Shown here in pieces: positions 38,835 through 46,351 of a stretch of 51,073 bases of DNA. The notes under the pieces are model-generated. The model worked only from the letters and a program-made list of their open reading frames with translations, was not told where the DNA came from and ran no database searches. The DNA comes from Opitutaceae bacterium (GTDB lineage Bacteria; Verrucomicrobiota; Verrucomicrobiia; Opitutales; Opitutaceae). The DNA is taken from the NCBI GenBank assembly GCA_025352845.1, contig JANXSC010000341.1, positions 1-51,073 of the forward strand, given 5' to 3'. The position numbers and the translations under genes were made by a program. Within the stretch, counting starts at the first letter, position 1; each line of letters starts with the position of its first letter.

Positions 38835-40711
38835 CCGGACGCGAGTTGCAACCACGTCAGGCGCCACGCTCCGTCTTCGCGCCCGCCGGCTTCGTAGTAG
38901 GGCGCAAACGTGAGCGGCGCGCGGTAGCCGAGCTTGAGGTGCACTGAAGGCGCCTCGCTTCCGGCCGCCGGCGCGAGGACTTCAAGCAAGGTCGATTCGC
39001 TTTCCGCGGGCAGACGAATCGTCTCCTCGGTTTTGAAGCCGTCGATCAGCGTCGTCGCATACACGAGCGGGCCGCGCGTGATCGCGGTGTAATCAAAGCG
39101 GAGCACTTCCTGCGCGACCGTGGAGCCATCCGGCGCGCGCGATTCCTGGACGTTGCGATTCGTGCGCCGGTGGAGGCGCGGCGACATCGGAAATTTCAGC
39201 GTGACGACATCGCCGGCCTGCCACACGCGATCGAGCACCGCGTAGGAATTCGGCACCGCAGCCGCGCCCACGTCGATGCCGTTCACCAGGATTGTCGCTC
39301 CGTCCGCCCACGCGGGGATGCGCACGCGCACGGCGAATTGCGCGCTGCGTTCGGGTCGCACGACGAGGCGAATCTCGCCGTCGAACGGGTAGCGCGTGTG
39401 CTGCTCCAAGTTTACCAGCCCCGCTTTCTCCGTCGGCACCGCGGCACGGCCCGGGCTGTAGAGATTGACCGCGATGTCCCCGTCGGCCGTGACGCCGTAG
39501 GCGACGGCGGGCAATTCCTCAAGCGCACACGGTCCGCTCGATTTGCAGCAGCGCCAATAGGTCGTGAACACGCGGCGGCCATTCGGGAACGAGTAGTAAC
39601 ACCAGTTATCGCCCGCCGGTGCCTGCGCGCCGAGGAGATCGTTATAGGCGGACTTTTCGATCTCGTCGGCGTATTTTGCCTCGCCGGTGATCGCGAGGAG
39701 TTCGCGGTTGAGTTGGATCCAAGAAAACGTGGAGCACGTCTCGACATAGCCGTGCGGGCTGAAGACGCCGGGCGGGTTGAACACCTCGCGCGAGCGGTGC
39801 GCGACGCCGCCCCACGGGCCGCCGCCGAGCGTGAGGTGATGATCGCGGATGCTCGCCCAAATTTTTTCGACCGCCTGCAGGTAGCGCGGATCGTCCGTCG
39901 CGCGGTGCAGCTTCGCGAGGCCGACGAGATTCCAACACAGCTGGTAGGCCTTGCCCGTGGCGACGAACGCCGCGTCCGTGCCCGCGAGCAGTTGCGGCAA
40001 CAACTCGAGCGCGGGAGCTTCGCTCGCCTGGCGGACAATCAGCTCGGCCAGTTCGAGGTATTTCCTTTCGCCCGTTGCCGAAAACAGTTCGACCGCCGGA
40101 TCGAGCAGCACCGTCGCGGAGAGGCCATGGTGATTGCCGAGCGTGGTGATTGCGATGCCGCCTTCTGTCAGCGTCCGCCAGCAGAGGTCGCCGATGCGGC
40201 GGGCGGCTGCGAGGTAGCGCGGCTCGGCGAGCGCGCGGGCCGACTCCAGCAGGCCGAGGATCAGGTAGCTGTGAACCCAGATGTCCCACGTGCGCACCGC
40301 CGGTGCCCCGTCCCACGTGCCCGGCGCGGGGCCGCGCCGGCACATGAAGCGCCGCTCGGGCGCGTAGGTGCCGAGATAACCGTCGGCGTCCTGCACGCTC
40401 ACCAGAAAATCCGCGACCCGGCGCACGCTCGCAGCCAGCGTGGCATCACTCGTGGCGCGCACCGCCCGCGCGGCGGCGCAGAGCCACTTGCCCGCGTGTT
40501 CTCCATACCAGTCGCCCTCGTGGTTGTGCGCGGTGCACTGCGGATGAAACAACGCGATGGCCGGGCTGCGCTCGTCGGCGATGAAGCGCGCGAGATGCGT
40601 CGCGCGGCTCGCGTCGATCGCCCGGCCGAGGAGCCCGCCCAAGCGGGCCGGGCTGGCGGAAGGGAATTGCATCGGACGCGCCATGCGAGGCGCAAAATCG
40701 GTAGGCGACAT
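38831..40711 (-). CDS. glycoside hydrolase family 127 (beta-L-arabinofuranosidase-like Cys glycosidase)
   Basis: WYGEHAGKW, QDADGYLG, GKAY, Zn/Cys motifs VETC and RCC, YADEIEKSAYN, VNLY, YPFDG, VRIPAW, RGPLVY. Start uncertain (40711, 40684 or 40672); no clear signal peptide. Confidence 0.9.
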   Translation of the reverse strand: MSPTDFAPRMARPMQFPSASPARLGGLLGRAIDASRATHLARFIADERSPAIALFHPQCTAHNHEGDWYGEHAGKWLCAAARAVRATSDATLAASVRRVADFLVSVQDADGYLGTYAPERRFMCRRGPAPGTWDGAPAVRTWDIWVHSYLILGLLESARALAEPRYLAAARRIGDLCWRTLTEGGIAITTLGNHHGLSATVLLDPAVELFSATGERKYLELAELIVRQASEAPALELLPQLLAGTDAAFVATGKAYQLCWNLVGLAKLHRATDDPRYLQAVEKIWASIRDHHLTLGGGPWGGVAHRSREVFNPPGVFSPHGYVETCSTFSWIQLNRELLAITGEAKYADEIEKSAYNDLLGAQAPAGDNWCYYSFPNGRRVFTTYWRCCKSSGPCALEELPAVAYGVTADGDIAVNLYSPGRAAVPTEKAGLVNLEQHTRYPFDGEIRLVVRPERSAQFAVRVRIPAWADGATILVNGIDVGAAAVPNSYAVLDRVWQAGDVVTLKFPMSPRLHRRTNRNVQESRAPDGSTVAQEVLRFDYTAITRGPLVYATTLIDGFKTEETIRLPAESESTLLEVLAPAAGSEAPSVHLKLGYRAPLTFAPYYEAGGREDGAWRLTWLQLASG

Positions 40712-40751
40712 TTGCGTTGACACAATCAGCAAAACAAAAACGGTCATTCAT

Positions 40752-40763
40752 GCAAACGTTTGC
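40752..40763. promoter_or_regulatory. LacI-family operator O3
   Basis: GCAAACGTTTGC between the divergent GH127 and TBDR genes. A degenerate adjacent site (TAAATCGCTTGC) and TTGACA at 40717-40722 are nearby. Confidence 0.85.
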
Positions 40764-40840
40764 TTAAATCGCTTGCGCCTCCCCGTTCCCCCAGCCCGCT
40801 CCGGGTTCACGCGCCTCCCCACCCCGTTTTTTCCCAACCC

Positions 40841-42994
40841 ATGAAAACAACCCTCGCCCGCCTCGCCTTCGCCGCAGCGTTCCCCGTCGTGCTGCTTTTG
40901 CTCGCGTCCCCGTGTCTCGCCCAGCAGGCCCCGGCCGCCAGCGCCAAGGACGAAGCCGTGCAGCTCGACAAGTTCACCGTCACGACCGGCTTCCGCTCGC
41001 CCAAGACCATCGATCAGATTCCTGGCGCGGTGAAACTCATCTCCCCGCAGGAAATCTCCGACACGCTGCTCCTGACCGATGACGCCACCGCCGTGCTGTC
41101 GCGCACGATTCCGGGCTACGCTGAGGCGACGCAGCAGATGCAGAACACCGGCGAGACGCTGCGCGGCCGTGTCGCGCTGCGACTGTTCGACGGCATCTCG
41201 CAGACGACGCCGCTGCGCGAGGCGAGCCGCAACGCCACCTTCGCCGACATGGGCGTCATCGAGCGCATCGAGGTGATCAACGGCCCCTCGGCCGCCGAGG
41301 GCATCGGCGCGGCGGGCGGTATCATCAACTACATTTCCAAGAGCCCGACCAAGGAGGGCAGCGAAGCGACCGTGACCTCGCGCTTCTCCACTCAGGGAGG
41401 CAGCAGGACCGACAGTTGGAAAGTCGGGCTCAACTACGCCAACAAACAGGGCCCCACCGACGTGTTTCTCGCCACGGCCTTCGTCAACCGCAACATGGCC
41501 AAGGATGCTCACGATCGCCTGATCGGCATGGGCCAGAGCGGCAGCACGATGGACACCGAGGAGAAAAATCTGTTTATCAAGCTCGGCCACAACTTCGGCG
41601 ACCGCGGCGCGCAGCGAGTCGGCCTCACGATCAGCCGCTTCGCCCTCGCCGGCAAATCGAACTTCAGCGCGTTTCCCGGCGACCGCGCGAAAGGCATCAC
41701 CGATACTTCAATTCACAAGCAGCCCCCGGGCGCGAAGTCGGAGTTCAACGAGTTCAACCAATACGCGCTGTCCTACAAGCATTCGGAGCTGCTCGGCGGC
41801 ACCCTGAACGTGCAGGCTTACAAATCGAGTCAGGCGATGCGCTTCCTCGCCGACCCCACCGATCCGGCGAAACAGGATCCGCTCATCGCTCCGCTCGGCA
41901 CGCTGATTGATCAGTCCGAGGTCAACTCGCAGAAGAAGGGTATCCGCAGCTCTTGGTCGCGCAACCGCCTCTTCGATGTCGAGGGCTTGGACCTTAATGC
42001 CGGCTACGATCACCTGAGGGAAACCGCGCAACAACGCCTCGCGCTCACCAACCGCATCTGGGTGCCGCCGATGGAATACACCAGCCACGCGCCGTTCGCG
42101 CAGGTCTCCTACAACCAAGGCCCGCTCACGGTCAGCGGCGGCATCCGCCACGAAGACGGCAAGCTCCACGTGGACAGCTATACGACGACTTATTTCAACA
42201 ACCGCGTCCTGGTGAACGGCGGCGAACTGAACTACAAATCGAACCTCCCGAACGTCGGCGCCATCTGGCGGCTGCCGCAGGGCTGGTCGGTGTTCGGTTC
42301 GTATAGCAAAGGCTTCACGTTGCCGAACGTCGGCATTCCGCTGCGGAACATCAACGTCCCCGGCAAATCCGTCTCCGGCATCATCGATTTGCAGGCCGTG
42401 ATTGTGGACAACAAGGAGGCCGGCTTCGCGTGGCGCGGCAAGGGCGCGAGCTTCAGCGCCTCGATCTATCGCTCCTACTCCAAGCTAGGTTCGTCGCTCA
42501 CGGTCAGCCCGATCACACGCGACTTCATCTTGCAGCGCCGGCCGGTCCAGGTCCAGGGCGGCGAGGCGAACGCCGAATACACGGTGAGCAAGACCCTCAA
42601 ACTTAACGCGCTCTACTCCCACATGGAGGGCAAGACCGTCGCCGTCGAGGGTGGCCCGCTCGTCAATCAACAGGGCGTGGCCAACATCAGCCCCGACAAG
42701 TTCGGCTCCTCGCTGACGTGGCGCTACGACGACAAGGCCACGCTCACCCTCGGCGAGACCACGCTCTTCGGCCGCGAGATCAACGTCGGCAAGGGCAATT
42801 TCGAGAAGACCCGCGGCTACACGCTGTTCAACCTCAGCACCACCTACGAGACGAAATGGGGCAACTTCTCCCTCGGCATCGAGAACCTGCTCGACCGCTA
42901 CTACATCCTCACGTGGGCGCAGATTGATCAGTTCCAGAATTATTTCGCAGGCCGCGGCCGGACGTTCACGGTCACGCACTCGATCAAGTTCTAA
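40841..42994 (+). CDS. TonB-dependent receptor, IutA/siderophore-receptor-like
   Basis: Signal peptide, TonB-box-like FTVTT, plug TLRGRVALRLFDGISQTTPLR...IERIEVINGPSA.EGIGAAGGIINYISK, C-terminal GIENLLDRYY...GRGRTFTVTHSIKF; 717 aa. Confidence 0.92.
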   Translation: MKTTLARLAFAAAFPVVLLLLASPCLAQQAPAASAKDEAVQLDKFTVTTGFRSPKTIDQIPGAVKLISPQEISDTLLLTDDATAVLSRTIPGYAEATQQMQNTGETLRGRVALRLFDGISQTTPLREASRNATFADMGVIERIEVINGPSAAEGIGAAGGIINYISKSPTKEGSEATVTSRFSTQGGSRTDSWKVGLNYANKQGPTDVFLATAFVNRNMAKDAHDRLIGMGQSGSTMDTEEKNLFIKLGHNFGDRGAQRVGLTISRFALAGKSNFSAFPGDRAKGITDTSIHKQPPGAKSEFNEFNQYALSYKHSELLGGTLNVQAYKSSQAMRFLADPTDPAKQDPLIAPLGTLIDQSEVNSQKKGIRSSWSRNRLFDVEGLDLNAGYDHLRETAQQRLALTNRIWVPPMEYTSHAPFAQVSYNQGPLTVSGGIRHEDGKLHVDSYTTTYFNNRVLVNGGELNYKSNLPNVGAIWRLPQGWSVFGSYSKGFTLPNVGIPLRNINVPGKSVSGIIDLQAVIVDNKEAGFAWRGKGASFSASIYRSYSKLGSSLTVSPITRDFILQRRPVQVQGGEANAEYTVSKTLKLNALYSHMEGKTVAVEGGPLVNQQGVANISPDKFGSSLTWRYDDKATLTLGETTLFGREINVGKGNFEKTRGYTLFNLSTTYETKWGNFSLGIENLLDRYYILTWAQIDQFQNYFAGRGRTFTVTHSIKF

Positions 42995-43030
42995 GCCCGC
43001 TTCGTCTCGATCGAGTTCCGCGCTCCCCTC

Positions 43031-45445
43031 ATGCTGCGACTTTGCGCGAGCGTGCTGGTGGGCGCGCTACTGGTCCTGTTCGCCGGGGCGGCACGCGCGG
43101 AGAATCTCGTGGCCGTCCGGGACGGCGCGCTGCCCGCGCCGCCCGGCTCCGCGGCGATCACATTGCTGGTCGCCGCCGACCAGCCGCTCGCCGTGCGCGA
43201 CGGCACCGTGTGGCGCTACGATCACTTCGCGCAGCAATGGACGAAGGCAGACGCCGGCTCCACCGATCGCGTCGTGCGCGGCGCAATCGCGCACGGCGCG
43301 CGACCATGGTTCCTCACTGGTCCCGCGGGAAACAACCTCGTTGATCGGATCGAAGCGTATGCGGGGGCGGACGGCGTGCGTCTCGCGACTCCGCCGCCGC
43401 TACCCTCGCCGCTCGTTTCGGCGCAGGGCGCCGTGCTCGGCAATGTTTTGTATGTGGGCGGCGTCGATGCGCGCGGCGCGGCGCACTGGTGGTCGCTCGC
43501 TTTGTCCGCAGAACCGGCGCAGTGGAAAATTCTGCCCGCGTGGGCCGCGCCGGCGCGCCGCGTCAGCGCCATCGTCGCTCTCGACTCCTCGCTCGTGCTC
43601 GCGACACCAACCGCCGCCGGCACGGCCGACGAACTCTGGCGTTGGACGGCGGCCGAAGGCTGGCGGCTGAGAGCCACACTCCCCGGCACCGTCGTCGACG
43701 GCGCGGCGCGTGCCGTCGGCCAGGCGCACGCGTTGTTTCTCGTGCGACTGCCGGCCGATTCTTCGACCGGACCGCGCGTGCAGCTCCACACATTCCACAC
43801 GATTACCGCGGCAACCAGCCCGCAGGGCACGGCGCTGCCGGGTGACGCCGTGCTCGGCACCGGCTGGCGCAACGGCCTCCTTTGGCTGGCTCCCGACGCC
43901 TCGCTCCACTCGGCGGAAATCCTCGGCAACAAACAACTGCTGCGCCCGCTCGACTGGGTGATGATCGTAGCCTACCTCGTGGGCATCGCCGCGATCGGCG
44001 TTTACTGCTATCGCAAGGAAAAGAAGCAATCGACCTCGGACTTCTTTGTCGGCGGTCGCTCGATTCCCTTCTGGGCCGCCGGCATCAGCCTCTACGCGTC
44101 CAACTCGAGTTCGATCGGCTACATCGCGACCACGGCAAAATCCTTCGCGACCAACTGGCAGTATTTTCTCGGCAACGTGACCAACGTCTTCGCGCTGGTC
44201 TTCGTCGCCATCTGGATCGTGCCGTTGCTGCGGCGGCTCGAACTGACATCCGTCTTCGACTACCTTGACCAGCGCTTCCATCACTCGGTGCGGCTGGCGG
44301 CGAGCGGCATGTGCATCTTGATGCACCTCGGCGGCCGCATGAGCGTGATCCTGTTTCTGCCGTCGCTCGCGATCTCGACGGTCACCGGGCTCGATGTCGT
44401 CTGGAGCATCCTGATGATGGGCGGCGTCACGATTGGCTATACCGCGCTGGGCGGAATGCGCGCAGTGATCTGGACGGATGTCGCGCAGGTAATCGTGAAA
44501 TTCGGCGGACTTTTTTTCGCGCTCGGTTTTATCATTCTCGCGCTCAAGGGCGGCACGGGGGAATTCGTCGCCGTGGCCGCCGCCGGTGAAAAGACGAAGA
44601 TGTTCGACTGGAGCTTCGACCTCACGAAGGCGACCGTGTGGGGTTTTATTTTTCTCCAACTGATGGAAACGGTGCTGACCTTCCCGAAAGATCAGGTGCT
44701 GATGCAGCGGGTCTTCGCCACGAAGTCGGAAAAGGAAGCGAGCCGCTCGATTTGGGTTTTTGCCGTGATCGTCCTGCCCGGCAGCCTGATCCTCTACCTC
44801 ATCGGCACGGGGCTCTACGTTTACTACCACAGTTTCCCCGAACGGATGAACCCGCTGCTGCCGACCGACGCCACGCTGCCGCTCTTCATCGCCTCGGAAT
44901 TGCCCGCGGGCGTCACCGGCCTCGTGCTCGCGGGGCTTTTCTCGGCCGCGATGGGCACGCTCTCGAGCATCCTCAACAGCGTGGCGACGATGGTCTCGGT
45001 CGATTTCTACGAAAGCCTCGCGAAGAAACCGAGCCAGAAGGTCAGTATTCGGATCGCCGAGTGGGTGACGGTGATCGCGGGTCTCATCGGCATCGGGCTC
45101 GCGGTGCTGCTCTCGCGGTTCAACATCAGCTCGTTCCTCGACGTGGCGATCGAGTTTGCCGGGCTGTTCGGCGGCGCGTTCGGCGGCGCCTACACGCTCG
45201 GCATGATGACGCGCCGCGCCAACTGGCAGGGCGTGCTCATCGGGATGGGCGTGAGCTTCGTGGGCACCTTCGCCGTGTGGTCACAACACCTCGTGCACCC
45301 GTTTCTCTACCTCGGCATTTCGGTGCTCATCTCGATCGTGGTGGGCTATGCGGCCAGTTATTTTTTCCCGCCGCCGCCGGCTGAGTCGCTGCACGGCCTG
45401 ACGATTCTCTCTCCGAAAAAATCGCCGGCACTCAGCGCGGCCTGA
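43031..45445 (+). CDS. sodium:solute symporter with N-terminal Kelch-like beta-propeller
   Basis: Signal peptide plus ~290 aa with Kelch-like PPLPSPL...LYVGG and WKILPAW; then LDWVMIVAYL, DFFVGGRSIPFWAAGIS, YTALGGMRAVIWTD, DQVLMQR and AGLFSAAMGTLSS. Confidence 0.92.
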   Translation: MLRLCASVLVGALLVLFAGAARAENLVAVRDGALPAPPGSAAITLLVAADQPLAVRDGTVWRYDHFAQQWTKADAGSTDRVVRGAIAHGARPWFLTGPAGNNLVDRIEAYAGADGVRLATPPPLPSPLVSAQGAVLGNVLYVGGVDARGAAHWWSLALSAEPAQWKILPAWAAPARRVSAIVALDSSLVLATPTAAGTADELWRWTAAEGWRLRATLPGTVVDGAARAVGQAHALFLVRLPADSSTGPRVQLHTFHTITAATSPQGTALPGDAVLGTGWRNGLLWLAPDASLHSAEILGNKQLLRPLDWVMIVAYLVGIAAIGVYCYRKEKKQSTSDFFVGGRSIPFWAAGISLYASNSSSIGYIATTAKSFATNWQYFLGNVTNVFALVFVAIWIVPLLRRLELTSVFDYLDQRFHHSVRLAASGMCILMHLGGRMSVILFLPSLAISTVTGLDVVWSILMMGGVTIGYTALGGMRAVIWTDVAQVIVKFGGLFFALGFIILALKGGTGEFVAVAAAGEKTKMFDWSFDLTKATVWGFIFLQLMETVLTFPKDQVLMQRVFATKSEKEASRSIWVFAVIVLPGSLILYLIGTGLYVYYHSFPERMNPLLPTDATLPLFIASELPAGVTGLVLAGLFSAAMGTLSSILNSVATMVSVDFYESLAKKPSQKVSIRIAEWVTVIAGLIGIGLAVLLSRFNISSFLDVAIEFAGLFGGAFGGAYTLGMMTRRANWQGVLIGMGVSFVGTFAVWSQHLVHPFLYLGISVLISIVVGYAASYFFPPPPAESLHGLTILSPKKSPALSAA

Positions 45446-46351
45446 TTACTTCCCAAGCTGCGCGAAGACGGCTTGGATACCCTCGGCGAACGCCGGCCGC
45501 CACACGTCCCAGTTGTGCCCACCATCGAGCACGCGCAGTTGCGCCGTGATCCCCTTCACGCGGCGCACGCGGTTGTAGAGCGTGTGCGCCTCGTAATCGA
45601 GATCGTGCGCGGCCTCGCGCGGATCGGCGAGCGCCTGCTCGTCGTCGCCCACGGCGATGAACATCACCAGCGGCAAGCCGCGCGCCTCGAAGGCCGGAAT
45701 CAGCGCCGGATAATTTTTCGCCGCGTAGATCGCGTCGTCGAAAAGTTTTTCGCCCCGCCCAAACGCCCCGAACTCCCGCGTGCTCGATCCTCGCGGCGGC
45801 AGCGGCACGTAAACCGCCGGGCTGAGCACAATCGCCGCGCCAAACAATTCCGGGTGCGCCAGCGCGAATCGGATCGCGCCGTAGCCGCCCATCGAAAAGC
45901 CCGCCACGATCCGCCCGCCACGATCTGTGCGCGTGCGGTAGGTCGCATCGACATGCGTGACGAAATCGGTCGTGAAGGCCGTTTCGATTTTCTCTCCCTC
46001 CGGCAATTCCCCCGAACCGCCGAATTGCGAATCGACATAGTAGCCCGCCCGACGGCTCGCCGGCGCATCCGGCATGATCGCGACGAGCGGCGGAATTTTC
46101 CCACTCGCGATCAATCGATCGAGTTCCGGCTGGATCGCGGCCCAGTCCTTCATGCCGCCGCCCCGGCCGTGCAGCAGGTAGATCGCCGGCAGGCCGGTCG
46201 TTTTCGTCTCATCCGCTCCCGGCGGCAGGTAGAGTTGGTAGGCAATCTCCTGCCCCAGCGTCGCAGAAAAAACTTTCCGCGCCAGCATCGTCCCCTCGGC
46301 GGCGACACTCGCCAGCGCCAGTGAGAAAAACGCCGCGACCGCGCGCTTCAT
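45446..46351 (-). CDS. secreted alpha/beta-hydrolase esterase (CE1/Fes-like)
   Basis: Signal peptide [32 protein letters not shown], nucleophile GFSMGG, VGDD, GGHNWDVW. ATGA overlap with the upstream RND stop. Confidence 0.88.
   Translation of the reverse strand: MKRAVAAFFSLALASVAAEGTMLARKVFSATLGQEIAYQLYLPPGADETKTTGLPAIYLLHGRGGGMKDWAAIQPELDRLIASGKIPPLVAIMPDAPASRRAGYYVDSQFGGSGELPEGEKIETAFTTDFVTHVDATYRTRTDRGGRIVAGFSMGGYGAIRFALAHPELFGAAIVLSPAVYVPLPPRGSSTREFGAFGRGEKLFDDAIYAAKNYPALIPAFEARGLPLVMFIAVGDDEQALADPREAAHDLDYEAHTLYNRVRRVKGITAQLRVLDGGHNWDVWRPAFAEGIQAVFAQLGK

Noticed and set aside
43031-45445. Sialic acid utilisation locus
   Set aside because: No nanA, nanE, nanK or sialidase in the window.
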